A DNA stretch of 64,000 nucleotides from Myxococcota bacterium (GTDB taxonomy: Bacteria > Myxococcota_A > SURF-8): positions 1,824,001 to 1,888,000 of the forward strand of contig CAXXQS010000001.1 of NCBI GenBank assembly GCA_963674735.2. Direction: 5' to 3'. Made by a program: the position numbers and the translations under genes. The notes under the pieces are model-generated. The model ran no database searches. It saw only the letters and a program-made list of their open reading frames with translations, and was not told the origin of the DNA. Shown in pieces: positions 16,463 to 27,738 of the stretch (positions are counted from its first letter, which is position 1; each line of letters begins with the position of its first letter).

Positions 16463-18604
16463 ATGAAAGCTAAATCAACGTTTGTCAGCGTTTTATTGGT
16501 CTCGCTGATTCTTCTGATTTCTGCCTGTGGCGGAGACGACTCTTTTTCTCCGGATCCTGATGACTCCGATGGCGATCAAAACGGAAACACCGAGACACCC
16601 GATGAAGACGAAATTTCTCCGGATGGTGACGACGTCACCCCAGACGGCGATGCAGACGATACGGGAGAAGAGGGGGAAGCCCCCCCCGAACCCGGCCCGA
16701 TCGATATCGATGAAGTAGCCGGATTGATGCATGCATTTGATTTTACAGATGATTCCTATTTGTTTTCAGCCCCTTTCCCAAACGATTTCTATATCGGGGA
16801 GGATGGTCTTGTCGATCTACCCGGTTTCCCCAACCCGAAGAACAGTTCGATGGCCAGTGACTTCATCGCAGCGGCCGAAGACCTTCTGGACGGCTTTGGC
16901 GTCAACACGCCCTCCTACTGGGTTTTCGAAGCCCCCCTCGATCTCACTTCGCTTCCCGCCGATCCAGCCGATACCCTGAGTTGGGATTCTTCTTTGCTGT
17001 TGATCAATATCGACCCCGCTTCCCCGCGTTACGGCAACCTCAACCCACTGGAATGGCATTGGAATCCTGAAGCCAATGTATACGAGGTGGCCAACATGCT
17101 GGCCGTCGCGCCCTACGATGGCTTTCCCCTTGACCCTCTGACAACTTACGCCATGGTTCTAACCGACAGTCTAACGGACGTTGATGGCAATCCGCTTGGC
17201 CGCCCCAAGCTTCTGGCTGATTTACTCTCGGGACGCGAAGACGGAGCCCTGGCCGATGCCTACAAACCGCTGGCCAACTGGCTCGGTCTCGACACCACTC
17301 CCCTCGTCCCGGAACGGGTGCGAGCGGCCACCGTCTTCACCACCCTGGATACCATCGGCGAGGTGAAAGCCATCCGCGATTATCTGGTTGATGAATATCC
17401 CAATGGAGCCGTCTCCGGGGACTTGGTCGATTGCACCTTCGATCATGCCGAAAATGGTTACCTGATCTTCAAGGGGCACTACACCGCCCCGAATTTTCAG
17501 GAAGGTGACGTTCCTTATGCCAGCGAAGGCGGCAACATCTATTTCGGTGAAAACGGCGACCCCATCGTGCAGATGACCGAAACCCTGCGTTTCGCCGTTA
17601 CCATCCCCATGAACCTCGACGTCCCAGCCGCCGGTTGGCCGATCGCCATGATCTCCCATGGTACGGGCGGGCGCTACAATTCCTACATTCGCGGTGGAGG
17701 CCGCTCCCGCTCGGTTCTCCTCACGGAAGCCGGACTCGCAACCATCGGAATCGACCAGCCGCTACATGGCGACCGTGGCAACGAAGCCACCAACGTCGAG
17801 CTGCATACCTTCAACTTTTTCAACCCCGAATCGGGCCGCAGTGTGTTCCGGCAGTCTGCCATCGATACGGTATCACTCACCCGACTCATCGTGGCAGGTG
17901 TTTTAAGGCTCGATAAATCGGTTTGCGACAGTTGGCCGACGGAAGCCGTCTATACCGGTCCCGATGAAATCGTTTTCGATCCGGAACTCATCTCTTTCCA
18001 TGGACACAGCCAAGGCGGCATGAGTGGTTCGCTGGCGGCAGCGGTGGAAGACGACGTGCAAGGTTGGGTTCTGTCGGGTGCGGGCGGTCGCCTCGCCATC
18101 ACCGTACTCGAACGCGAAGATCCGGACCTCCTGGGACTCATGACACCGATGATCGGTATCCAGGTCGAAGAAGCTCACAAACACCACCCCATCGTCGGCT
18201 TGCTGCAATGGCTAACCGAAATCACCGATATGATCAACTATGCCCCTTATTGGATCGGCTATCCCCACGACGGACGTCCCAAACACATGATGCTGACCAG
18301 TGGCTTCGTCGACCCTTATACTCCCAAAAACACAGCTTTCGCACTCGCGGTAGCCGGTCGCGTCCCGCTCCTTGAAGAAGTCCATGAAGCGATGCCCGGA
18401 CTGGAATTACGCGGTCTGAGTGCGTTCGCTCGTCCAGCAACACTGAACATCATGGCGCCTAACGGTCAACGCGCTACAGCCGGTTTCTGCCAGTACCCGG
18501 AGGATGGCCATTTTGCCGTGTTCGACAACGATGACGCAGCCTGGCTCTACCAGGAATTTCTGCGCTCCCTTTCTTACGCACAGGCACCCGTACTGGGCTA
18601 CTGA
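16463..18604 (+). CDS. Lipoprotein alpha/beta hydrolase (lipase-like)
   Basis: Lipobox ISAC, acidic DGD linker, SHGTGG, DQPLHGDR, GHSQGG, late DGH. Confidence 0.75.
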   Translation: MKAKSTFVSVLLVSLILLISACGGDDSFSPDPDDSDGDQNGNTETPDEDEISPDGDDVTPDGDADDTGEEGEAPPEPGPIDIDEVAGLMHAFDFTDDSYLFSAPFPNDFYIGEDGLVDLPGFPNPKNSSMASDFIAAAEDLLDGFGVNTPSYWVFEAPLDLTSLPADPADTLSWDSSLLLINIDPASPRYGNLNPLEWHWNPEANVYEVANMLAVAPYDGFPLDPLTTYAMVLTDSLTDVDGNPLGRPKLLADLLSGREDGALADAYKPLANWLGLDTTPLVPERVRAATVFTTLDTIGEVKAIRDYLVDEYPNGAVSGDLVDCTFDHAENGYLIFKGHYTAPNFQEGDVPYASEGGNIYFGENGDPIVQMTETLRFAVTIPMNLDVPAAGWPIAMISHGTGGRYNSYIRGGGRSRSVLLTEAGLATIGIDQPLHGDRGNEATNVELHTFNFFNPESGRSVFRQSAIDTVSLTRLIVAGVLRLDKSVCDSWPTEAVYTGPDEIVFDPELISFHGHSQGGMSGSLAAAVEDDVQGWVLSGAGGRLAITVLEREDPDLLGLMTPMIGIQVEEAHKHHPIVGLLQWLTEITDMINYAPYWIGYPHDGRPKHMMLTSGFVDPYTPKNTAFALAVAGRVPLLEEVHEAMPGLELRGLSAFARPATLNIMAPNGQRATAGFCQYPEDGHFAVFDNDDAAWLYQEFLRSLSYAQAPVLGY

Positions 18605-18640
18605 GAGATCCCGTTCTACACACGACACCTTGCGTTAACG

Positions 18641-18678
18641 AAAAACGCCCCCTTCTCGCTGAAGGGGGCGTTCGTTTT
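18641..18678. terminator. Bidirectional intrinsic terminator
   Basis: AAAAACGCCCCCTTC-tcgct-GAAGGGGGCGTTCGTTTT between convergent genes. Confidence 0.8.
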
Positions 18679-18692
18679 GCAAGCAACGTTTT

Positions 18693-20324
18693 CTACTCGT
18701 CGTTCATATGTGGATACCGGTAGCTTTTAGCCGGAACGAAGGTTTCCTTGATCGAGCGAGGCGAAGTCCAGCGCAGCATATTGAGATAGCTGCCCGCCTT
18801 GTCATTGGTTCCCGAAGCCCGTGCACCGCCGAAGGGCTGTTGGTTGACCACGGCTCCGGTGGGTTTGTCGTTGATATAGAAATTGCCTGCAGCGTTACGC
18901 AACGTCTTGAGCGCCAGATTGACTGCCCGGCGATCTTGACTAAAAACCGCTCCCGTCAACGCATAAGGACTGGTACGATCACAAACACCTAAAATCTTTT
19001 CGTACTCATTGTCAGGATAAACAAAAGCCGTCACAACAGGGCCGAAGATCTCTTCGGTCATGCTTTCGTAATCCGGTCGAAGCGCCTGGATCAGGGTTGG
19101 GGAAATGAAATAACCTTCGGAGGCATCCCCTTCCCCGCCGATAAGCACCTTCGCTTTAGGCGATTTTTTCGCGCGGTCGATATAGCCCATGATCTTGTCG
19201 AAGCTCGACCGGTCGATTACGGCACCCATGAAGTTCGAAAAGTCGGTCGGATCTCCCATTTTGATCGTTGCGATTTCAGCTTCCAGCTTTTTCAGCAAAC
19301 GCGGCCAAAGCTTCTTGGGAATGTACAGACGGCTCGCGGCCGAACATTTCTGGCCCTGAAACTCGAAAGAGCCCCGTAAAATGGCAATGGCAAGCGCGTC
19401 CAGATCGGCAGAAGGATGCGCAACGATAAAGTCTTTACCACCCGTCTCACCCACAATACGCGGATAAGAACGATAATTCTGGATATTGTTTCCCACAGTT
19501 CGCCACATACTCTGGAAGGTAGGGGTCGATCCTGTGAAGTGAATACCGGCCAGATCGGGATGCGGAAGCACTTGTTTTCCGATCATGCTTCCCGGTCCAA
19601 GCACGAGGTTGATGACTCCATCGGGAAGCCCGGCTTCTTTGAGGAGCTGCATAAGGAAATGCGCGGCGTACACACCGGTTGAAGCCGGTTTCCAGACAAC
19701 CGTGTTACCCATAATGGCAGGCGCTGTGGGTAGGTTTCCGGCGATCGAAGTGAAATTGAAAGGAGTAACCGCAAAAACGAAACCTTCAAGCGGTCGATAC
19801 TCCGTACGATCCCATATGCCGGGTGCCGATGCGGGTTGTCCCTTCATGATGTCACAAGCATACGAGACATTGAAGCGGAGAAAATCAATCAACTCACAGG
19901 CGGCATCGATTTCCGACTGAAACGGCGTTTTACTTTGCCCAAGCATGGTGGCGGCATTAAGCGTATCGCGCCACGGTCCGGCCAGCAAGTCGGCCGCTTT
20001 CAAAAATATGGCTGCCCGCTCTTCCCAAGACCAATCCGCCCAATCCGCACGCGCCTTAGCCGCTGCTTTGATCGCGGCCTCCACCTCGGCCTGTCCGCCT
20101 ACATGGTAGCGCCCTAGAAGAAGATCATGCTTGTGTGGAGATCGCATCTCGGCCAGTTTTTTGGTGCGTACGTGGCGTCCTCCTATCACTAACGGAGCCT
20201 GTATCGGCCGCGCAGCCATTCGAGCGATTTTCGACTGTAACGAACTACGCTCCGGAGTACCGGGAGCATAAGATTTAATGGGCTCGTTATCGACCTTGGG
20301 AGGAATGAACTGACCAAAACTCAC
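18693..20324 (-). CDS. pruA: L-glutamate gamma-semialdehyde (P5C) dehydrogenase
   Basis: EIDAACELIDF, PFNFTSI, ETGGKDF, QGQKCSA, NDKPTGAVV, SGTNDKAG; AGGAGG RBS before GTG. Confidence 0.95.
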   Translation of the reverse strand: MSFGQFIPPKVDNEPIKSYAPGTPERSSLQSKIARMAARPIQAPLVIGGRHVRTKKLAEMRSPHKHDLLLGRYHVGGQAEVEAAIKAAAKARADWADWSWEERAAIFLKAADLLAGPWRDTLNAATMLGQSKTPFQSEIDAACELIDFLRFNVSYACDIMKGQPASAPGIWDRTEYRPLEGFVFAVTPFNFTSIAGNLPTAPAIMGNTVVWKPASTGVYAAHFLMQLLKEAGLPDGVINLVLGPGSMIGKQVLPHPDLAGIHFTGSTPTFQSMWRTVGNNIQNYRSYPRIVGETGGKDFIVAHPSADLDALAIAILRGSFEFQGQKCSAASRLYIPKKLWPRLLKKLEAEIATIKMGDPTDFSNFMGAVIDRSSFDKIMGYIDRAKKSPKAKVLIGGEGDASEGYFISPTLIQALRPDYESMTEEIFGPVVTAFVYPDNEYEKILGVCDRTSPYALTGAVFSQDRRAVNLALKTLRNAAGNFYINDKPTGAVVNQQPFGGARASGTNDKAGSYLNMLRWTSPRSIKETFVPAKSYRYPHMNDE

Positions 20325-20489
20325 AGCGAACCTCCTTATCATACAGTTTACTTGCAATCCATAATTCAGGTCTGTGGAATATCACATCAGACCGTCAGCA
20401 TGCTAACGTAGCCCATGTGCTTCGTCAAGCCTTGTCCTGCAAGCATGCGATAAAGTTTCTTTAACTGTTTCCTCATAATTTTCGAACGT

Positions 20490-23400
20490 ATGCCATATTT
20501 TGACATGTTGGCCATGTACACTGATTCTGATAGTGAAAAGGGAATCATTGTGTTAAACTTTTACAGTCAATTCTATCATCAACAAACAGACAACATCAGT
20601 AAACGAGCCATGCAAGTCTCGAAATTCTTCAAGCACGATTATATCCGGGAAAAATGGTTCGGCCTGTTGCCAGCCATCTATCTCCTTTTGGGGATCATTG
20701 CAATTATCATCGAGCTGAACCTAACCACCGGCGCTTGTATTAATAGTTTCCGGTTCATAGCCGAAATCACCGCCGTCATCCTCACGGCCCTCCTCTTTTT
20801 TGTTTTTCTTAGAACGCTGAAAAAACAGATACAACACTCAATCTCAGCAGTCGGTGCTGCCAATCAACGATTCACTTCTCTGACAGACAGTTTAAATCTT
20901 CCCGTTATCGAAACGGATACTGCCGGCAACATCCTCACTTCGAACGACAAAGCCCAAGGCTGCCTGTCGCTTTTTAAAAACCCCGAGGAACATCCCTGTA
21001 TTTTCAATCGTTTTTACGGCTCAGATGGAGAAGCGGCACAGGCGTTTTTCATTGACTGTGTCAACAAACAGATCCCAACCTTCACCTACAACCAGTTGAT
21101 CGAGCGATCGGACGGCTTAAAGCGAACCTTTACTTTCACCCACCATCTATGGGTCGACTCATTATCTCGACAAACACGAATACTGATCAGCGCAACGGAC
21201 ATAACGGAATCACTCCAATCCAAAGCGAAACTAGACCTTCTAAACCGCATCGCCGAACAGATCGGCGAAGGTGTGGCCGTGGCTGATTTATCCGGAAAGC
21301 TAATTTTCATCAATGACGCGTGGGCCCATATGCACGGTTATACCGTAACCGAAATGCTGGGACAAAATATCGCGATCAGCCACACAAGCGAACAGATTGA
21401 AACCGATGTCCTTCCGTTCAACGAATTTGTCAACAAGTATGGCTCCCATCGCGGCGAAGTTGGACATGTGCATAGGGATGGAACAACTTTTATTACCGAA
21501 ATGACCACCACCGTCTTACGTGATGACAACGATGAAGCTTTCGGATTGATCGGTATCGCTCAGAATATATCTCAGCGTAAAAAATTGGACGCACTTTTTC
21601 AACACCGTATTCGTGTCGAACGCGCGGTTGCCCGGGTATCTAAAACATTGTCTGTTTACAAAGAAGCGGACATCAATGCCTGCCTGGCCATGCTCGGAGA
21701 AGCAGTTGAGGCTCACCGGGCCTACATTTTCACCTATCACGATGACAATCGAAAATGTAGTAACACTCATGAGTGGTGCAGCCAAGAAACTCAACCGGAA
21801 ATTGAGAATCGACAAAACATCGACATCCACAGGTTGAAGGGGTGGGACGAAGCTCTGCGGCACGATGAAAACATCGTCATCCCATCTGCAAATGAACTTC
21901 CCCAAGACCAAAAAACAATTCTTGCATTAGCAAAGAATCAACCTATCCAATCGCTGTTGATCGTACCCATGTGGTCGGACAAGCGGCTCTATGGATTCCT
22001 TGGCTTCGACGATGTCAAACAGAAGCGTCTCTGGTCTGACGACGACTTGATCTTGTTGCGTACTGCATCCGAAATCCTCATGGCACACTTCGAACAGGTG
22101 GAAGCCGCAAACCAACTACGCAACAATGAAGCCCTTTTCAGAACAGCTTTTCAGCTCATTCCAGATTCGGTCGGCCTGCAACACTTTGATAATGGTCACT
22201 TTGTTCGCATCAACGCCGCGTTCCAAGAAACATTCGGTTATGATCTTGCGGAGGTACTGGGAAAAAGCGATCTCGATATTGGAATATGGGAAAATCATGC
22301 ACAGCGCCGATCGGCGCGACAAATCATTGAAGCCCATGGCGAAATTCGCGAAATGGAAGCCGTATTTATCCGCCGCGATGGTAGCCGCTTCGTGGGCAGC
22401 ATGTCGGCTCGCAGGCTCGACCAACAGGATGGCCGATTCGTCCTTGCCATCATACGCGATATCACCGCAGCCAAAGTTTCCGAGCGTGCCTTGAGACAAT
22501 CGGAAGAAAACTATCGGTCCATTTTCGAAGCAGTTAACGATGCCATTTTCGTCCACGACCTTGAAACCGGCAAAATACTAGATGTGAACCGCAAAATGAT
22601 GGAAATGTATGGCTACAACTATGAAGAGGCTACCGGATTGGTTATGAAGAACGTGTGCGACGATCAAACACCCCATACCGCTGAAAACGCTATGACATGG
22701 ATTAAAAAGGCTGCGGAAGGCGAACCGCAGGTTTTTGAATGGCGTGCCAGGCGTAAAGATGGCTCTCTGTTCTGGACCGAAGTCAGTTTGAAACGCGCGA
22801 TTGTCGCCGGTGAAGGTCGCCTGTTAGCTTCCGTTCGTGACATTAGCGACAGGAAAAAGAACCTTGTAGAAAAAGAAAACCTCGAAATGCAACTCAGGCA
22901 AAAGCAGAAATTGGAATCGATCGGAACCTTGGCAAGCGGAGTTGCTCATGAAATCAACAACCCCATCAATGGAATTATGAACTATGCACAGTTGATTTTC
23001 GATCGTCTTGGCGAATCGCATCCTCTATCCGAATTTTCCCTGGAGATCATCCTCGAATCCGAGCGGATTGCAACAATCGTACGCAATCTACTCGCTTTTT
23101 CGCGTCAGGAGAAAGAGCCACACAACCGTTCCTCTATCCAGGAAATCGTCGATGCGACCTTGACATTGGTTAAAACACTTCTGCGTAAGGATACGATACG
23201 AATCGATGTCGAGTTGCCTTCCGACCTCCCATATGTTTATTGCCGAACCAAACAAATTCAACAGGTGCTAATGAATCTCATCACCAACGCGCGCGATGCC
23301 CTTAACGAAAAGTTTCCCGGACCTCACCAAAACAAGATCATCCGTATCAGCAGTTGTGCAGTCATGAAGCAAGGTCAACAATGGGTGCGCATAACGGCAG

Positions 23401-23606
23401 AAGATAACGGCTCCGGTATTCCACAAGAAGTACTTCCGCGTATCTTCGATCCTTTCTTCACAACCAAGTCACGCGATATCGGGACAGGACTCGGACTTTC
23501 CGTCAGCCATGGAATCATCGCCGAGCACGGCGGGGAATTCACTGTTGACAGTAAAAGGGGCGAATTTACACGGTTTTCATTCGATCTAAAAGCGGCAGAG
23601 AAATAG
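20490..23606 (+). CDS. Membrane-bound multi-PAS/GAF sensor histidine kinase (start may be 20610)
   Basis: Two TM helices, several PAS repeats, GAF (NTHEWC), GVAHEINNP, PFFTTK, GTGLGL. Confidence 0.92.
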   Translation: MPYFDMLAMYTDSDSEKGIIVLNFYSQFYHQQTDNISKRAMQVSKFFKHDYIREKWFGLLPAIYLLLGIIAIIIELNLTTGACINSFRFIAEITAVILTALLFFVFLRTLKKQIQHSISAVGAANQRFTSLTDSLNLPVIETDTAGNILTSNDKAQGCLSLFKNPEEHPCIFNRFYGSDGEAAQAFFIDCVNKQIPTFTYNQLIERSDGLKRTFTFTHHLWVDSLSRQTRILISATDITESLQSKAKLDLLNRIAEQIGEGVAVADLSGKLIFINDAWAHMHGYTVTEMLGQNIAISHTSEQIETDVLPFNEFVNKYGSHRGEVGHVHRDGTTFITEMTTTVLRDDNDEAFGLIGIAQNISQRKKLDALFQHRIRVERAVARVSKTLSVYKEADINACLAMLGEAVEAHRAYIFTYHDDNRKCSNTHEWCSQETQPEIENRQNIDIHRLKGWDEALRHDENIVIPSANELPQDQKTILALAKNQPIQSLLIVPMWSDKRLYGFLGFDDVKQKRLWSDDDLILLRTASEILMAHFEQVEAANQLRNNEALFRTAFQLIPDSVGLQHFDNGHFVRINAAFQETFGYDLAEVLGKSDLDIGIWENHAQRRSARQIIEAHGEIREMEAVFIRRDGSRFVGSMSARRLDQQDGRFVLAIIRDITAAKVSERALRQSEENYRSIFEAVNDAIFVHDLETGKILDVNRKMMEMYGYNYEEATGLVMKNVCDDQTPHTAENAMTWIKKAAEGEPQVFEWRARRKDGSLFWTEVSLKRAIVAGEGRLLASVRDISDRKKNLVEKENLEMQLRQKQKLESIGTLASGVAHEINNPINGIMNYAQLIFDRLGESHPLSEFSLEIILESERIATIVRNLLAFSRQEKEPHNRSSIQEIVDATLTLVKTLLRKDTIRIDVELPSDLPYVYCRTKQIQQVLMNLITNARDALNEKFPGPHQNKIIRISSCAVMKQGQQWVRITAEDNGSGIPQEVLPRIFDPFFTTKSRDIGTGLGLSVSHGIIAEHGGEFTVDSKRGEFTRFSFDLKAAEK

Positions 23607-23632
23607 TGGTGTGCGAAAAGATCGGCCCCGAA

Positions 23633-24112
23633 TCAGGCAACAAGTAACCCTGCCACTTTTTCCAGAAACTGTTCGTCGTCCTCGTTAAAGGCGCTCACCT
23701 CATCACCATCGACGTCAATCTGCCCCTTCACTTCTCCCGAGGAGGGATCACGGATCAAAACAACGATTTCCGAACGTGTTTTCAGGCTGCAAGCCAGATA
23801 ATTTCCGAGCTCACGCACGTCCTGCACGATTTGGTTTTCGCCGGTTGCAATCGCCGTTCCACAGACCCCCTGACCAATGGCTATACGTGTGTGTTCGGTA
23901 GCTTCACCACGATACGGGCCTAAGACCAGATGATCGCCCTGTAGCCAGTACACGCCAACCCACTTGTAGGAAGGCAGGGAGTCGTAAATAATCGCCACCG
24001 CCATGTCAGCCACAACCGTTGTATCGGTAGTGCGACTCCGTACAGCCTCTATTTTTTTTATAACACGCCCGAAATCACCTTGTGACAATTCCGCCTCCCC
24101 ACCCGTTTTCAA
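23633..24112 (-). CDS. GAF protein, free methionine-R-sulfoxide reductase (MsrC)-like
   Basis: WVGVY, LGPYRG, GQGVCG, YLACS, SEIVV. Confidence 0.75.
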   Translation of the reverse strand: MKTGGEAELSQGDFGRVIKKIEAVRSRTTDTTVVADMAVAIIYDSLPSYKWVGVYWLQGDHLVLGPYRGEATEHTRIAIGQGVCGTAIATGENQIVQDVRELGNYLACSLKTRSEIVVLIRDPSSGEVKGQIDVDGDEVSAFNEDDEQFLEKVAGLLVA

Positions 24113-24130
24113 GGAGAGCTAAAGCCCGAT

Positions 24131-25699
24131 TCAGTGCAGCAGACCACCAATAATCTGACTCACCCCGCGCACGCGCTGCGCAAGCTTTCGGCCGAACAAA
24201 ACTTTTACCCCGCCCAACAGAGCGCGGTACATTTTATCCGAGTAAGGGTGCCAAAACGGACTCGCTGGCGGATGAATCAGGTTTTCCTCGTTGATATGAT
24301 AAGGATAGCACAAGTCGACCAAGCCCTGGTCGGAGTGTACCTTGCCGGTTCCACTTAACTTAACACCCTGCCAAGGCGTCTCGGGCAAACCGTGGGTCAG
24401 CAGAACTTCATTAACCATCACCGTTCCGGCTTCCAGTCGCTGGGCGATTTCGCGTCCCCGTTGACGATCACGGGTGAAAATAGACGCCGTGAGACCATAG
24501 ATGGAATGGTTGGCGCGCTCGATGGCTTCTTCGTCGGAACGAACCTTCATAATCGGGATCACCGGGCCGAAGGTTTCATCCCGAATGACCTCCATATCCT
24601 CCGTCACATCCACGAGAACGGTCGGCTCGAAGAAGTTCCCCGGACCGTCGATTCGTTTCCCGCCGGTGAGCGCCTTGGCACCATTGGCCAGAGCATCCTT
24701 AACCTGGTGTTCGACGATGCGTAGCTGATTCTCGTCGACCATCGGCCCCATATCCATTTCACCAAGCTGTGGATCACCGACACGAAGCGCCTGTACGCGC
24801 TCGGTTACTTTCGCTACGAGCTCATCATATATTGACTCATGCGCATACACCCGTTCGACCGAAGCGCAAGTTTGACCGGCATTGCACAATCCGCCCCACG
24901 TAATGGCGCCAGCCGTATAATCCAAGTCGGCATCGGCCCGCACGATAACGGGATCCTTGCCGCCCAGTTCCATGCTGCTGGGTATCATCAGGCGACCACA
25001 CAACATCGCCACCTGACGTCCGACTTCGGTAGAACCGGTGAAGTTAACGTAGTCCACACCCATCTCGATCATCTGCGAAGCAATCGATCCCGAAGTCGTA
25101 ACGACTTGGAATAAGTCGCGATCCAGGCCTGCTTCATCCATCAACTCGCGCATTTTGAGCGCAATCAGGGGGGTCAGGCTGGCCGGCTTCTGGATAACTG
25201 CGTTACCGGCTAGAAGCCCCATGACAATGGCTCCGGCAGGAATCGTAAGGGGATAATTCCAGGGAGAAATCACCAACATCACGCCACGTGGACGGTATTG
25301 AATGAAACTGCGTCGATGCTTGAGAAGATGCATCCCGATCGTCTTGTCGGCCAGAATTTTTTTCGCGCGTTTCGCGAAATAAGCCGTCAGATCGATCACC
25401 GGCAGAACTTCCGTAACCATGGCTTCCTGCAATGGCTTGCCGTTTTCCTTTGAAATCAACTCACAAACTTCGGCAGCCCGTTCGGTTAGGATATGCTGAA
25501 AGCGGCGTAAAACCGTAATGCGATCATCCAAGGATTGTGACGCCCAGAGTTTCTGGGCCGTTTTGGCACGATCCAAAGACTCACGGGCTTCTTCCAGTGA
25601 GAAAAATGGGGCTTCTCCGATAACGTCACCGTTGGCAGGATTGCTGCTGATGATCGATCGAGGGATCGTGGCTGAATCCGGGACCGGTTTAAGCGACAT
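24131..25699 (-). CDS. Aldehyde dehydrogenase family protein
   Basis: SPWNYP, FTGS, ELGGKD, NAGQTC, ETFGP. Confidence 0.93.
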   Translation of the reverse strand: MSLKPVPDSATIPRSIISSNPANGDVIGEAPFFSLEEARESLDRAKTAQKLWASQSLDDRITVLRRFQHILTERAAEVCELISKENGKPLQEAMVTEVLPVIDLTAYFAKRAKKILADKTIGMHLLKHRRSFIQYRPRGVMLVISPWNYPLTIPAGAIVMGLLAGNAVIQKPASLTPLIALKMRELMDEAGLDRDLFQVVTTSGSIASQMIEMGVDYVNFTGSTEVGRQVAMLCGRLMIPSSMELGGKDPVIVRADADLDYTAGAITWGGLCNAGQTCASVERVYAHESIYDELVAKVTERVQALRVGDPQLGEMDMGPMVDENQLRIVEHQVKDALANGAKALTGGKRIDGPGNFFEPTVLVDVTEDMEVIRDETFGPVIPIMKVRSDEEAIERANHSIYGLTASIFTRDRQRGREIAQRLEAGTVMVNEVLLTHGLPETPWQGVKLSGTGKVHSDQGLVDLCYPYHINEENLIHPPASPFWHPYSDKMYRALLGGVKVLFGRKLAQRVRGVSQIIGGLLH

Positions 25700-25755
25700 A
25701 GTATACTCCTTTTCTATATCATCCTAAAATCCCAAGGACATCTGATAGAGTTCTA

Positions 25756-27051
25756 TCAGCCTGAATCTCTTCCATTTTCCGGATGAAATCGTCGGTCGAT
25801 CACCGCGGCACCGACACTGTCTCCCCAGACATTCGTAGCCGTGCGAAAACGATCAAGTAACCAATCGACCGACAACAAAATCCCGATGCCCTCAACCGGC
25901 ACGTTGACCGCCGTAAGAACCATGACCATTGTAACCAATCCCGCCTGGGGAATCGCTGCAGCACCGACAGCCGCCAAGGTCGCAGTAAGCAACACGACCA
26001 CCAACTGCACGCCAGAAAGCTCGATTCCGTAAGCCTGCGCAATAAACACCGCCGCAACAGCCTCATAAAGAGCGGTGCCATCCATGTTGACAGTCGCACC
26101 CAGCGGTAAAACAAAGCGACTGCTTTCGGGTGACAGGTTTGCATTTTCTTCCGCGTTGCGGATCGTGATAGGCAAGGTCGCGGCACTTGATGCCGTGGAA
26201 AAAGCGGTCAAGACGGCTTCGGAGAAATGGGCGGCATGGCGCAATGGATTGCGACGAGCCAGCAACCATAATAGCAAGGGCAACACGACAAAGGCGTGAA
26301 AACCGAGCCCGGCCAGCACAGTGATGAAATATCCGGCCAACCGGCTCAACTCCGTCCAAACCGCCTGTCCACCTCCGGCCTGCCCCACGCGGTCGGCTAC
26401 CAACCCGAGAATGCCCAAAGGAGCCACCCAAACCACACCACGGACAATACGCATCAAGATATCGTTGACGGTCGACGTCAATTCCACCAGTTTTTTCCCG
26501 CGTTCGCCCAAGGTGTTTAGCAACCCGCCGAATATCAAGGAAAAAACCAGCAATCCCATAATCCGCCCATCGGCAGCGGCCTTGAACAGGTTTGGCGGAA
26601 CAAGTCCTCGCACCATGTTAAACAAGGCATCATACCAGGCAAGAACCGCCACGGTGGGCGCCTGCCCCGATCCGGTCAAGCCCGATCCGAGTCCCGGTCG
26701 AAAAGTAGAAACAAGAAACAACCCGATCCCAACCGAGATCAAGGTCGTAACGAGGTAATACCCGAAAGTGAAGGTGAAGATCGAACCGATACGACGGCGT
26801 TCGCCCAGAGCCGCCATCCCCACAATCATGCTGCAGACAATCAGCGGAACGACGACCATCTTCAGCATGTTCATGAAAAGATCGCCTAAAAGGCGCAACA
26901 GACCGGTAAACACAGGCCAATCGTTCGCCGTCCAATGCTCCCCCCACACACCACCAATGACGAACCCGAGCGCCGCACCCGACATCAGCAACAGGGGCAG
27001 AAGAGACTGAGAAACCAGACGATTAGACGTAATCCGATTGGCGGATATCAT
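25756..27051 (-). CDS. Dicarboxylate/amino acid:cation symporter
   Basis: TASSAATLP, GATVNMDG, DWLLDRFRT. Confidence 0.93.
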   Translation of the reverse strand: MISANRITSNRLVSQSLLPLLLMSGAALGFVIGGVWGEHWTANDWPVFTGLLRLLGDLFMNMLKMVVVPLIVCSMIVGMAALGERRRIGSIFTFTFGYYLVTTLISVGIGLFLVSTFRPGLGSGLTGSGQAPTVAVLAWYDALFNMVRGLVPPNLFKAAADGRIMGLLVFSLIFGGLLNTLGERGKKLVELTSTVNDILMRIVRGVVWVAPLGILGLVADRVGQAGGGQAVWTELSRLAGYFITVLAGLGFHAFVVLPLLLWLLARRNPLRHAAHFSEAVLTAFSTASSAATLPITIRNAEENANLSPESSRFVLPLGATVNMDGTALYEAVAAVFIAQAYGIELSGVQLVVVLLTATLAAVGAAAIPQAGLVTMVMVLTAVNVPVEGIGILLSVDWLLDRFRTATNVWGDSVGAAVIDRRFHPENGRDSG

Positions 27052-27090
27052 ACAGATCCTGCAAGCTATGTACCGCTAAACGGCACGGGT

Positions 27091-27690
27091 TCAGAATGTC
27101 ACTTTCGGAGTCGCTTTGGCCGCTTCTTCGATTTCCAAATATTCGGCGGTTTGAACCCCGGTCATGGAAGCCCACCACTTACCGGGGATCCCGCGAATGT
27201 AGGAATTCAGTTCCTTGACCGCATCGTTATAACGTTTGCGCTCCACGGCAATTCGGTTTTCCGTTCCTTCAAGTTGATCCTGCAAGCGCAAAAATCCCTG
27301 ATTGGCTTTTAGGTCAGGATAAGTCTCTTTAAGCAAAAGAAGCCTGGAGAGCATGTTTTCCATCCCCTTCGCAGCTTTTATTTTTGCGTTGCGGTCGGGA
27401 GCACTGAAGTAAGACTTGCGCACTTCGGCAATCTGCGTAAGCAGTTCTTTCTCGTGTTTGGCGTATCCTTTAACCGTTTCCACCAGATTAGGAACTAAAT
27501 CGTAGCGTCGTTTAAGTTGAACTTCCACCTGGGCCCATTGCGCACTGACGGTCTCTTCCAGCGCGATGGTTTTGTTGTAGCCGCAACCGCTTAGCGACAA
27601 CAGCAAAAGCAGGATGGCCATTCCGATCGAAACGGGGTAACGATTGAAACGAAACCCTCGGATCACACGCTGCGTTCGACTATCAAACAT
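27091..27690 (-). CDS. lemA: LemA family protein
   Basis: SGCGYN, RRYDLVPNLV, YPDLKAN, LEGTENRI. Confidence 0.93.
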   Translation of the reverse strand: MFDSRTQRVIRGFRFNRYPVSIGMAILLLLLSLSGCGYNKTIALEETVSAQWAQVEVQLKRRYDLVPNLVETVKGYAKHEKELLTQIAEVRKSYFSAPDRNAKIKAAKGMENMLSRLLLLKETYPDLKANQGFLRLQDQLEGTENRIAVERKRYNDAVKELNSYIRGIPGKWWASMTGVQTAEYLEIEEAAKATPKVTF

Positions 27691-27738
27691 GGTCTTGCTC
27701 CATTACCGAAATAATACGTGATTGTTGTTTTCCATAAT

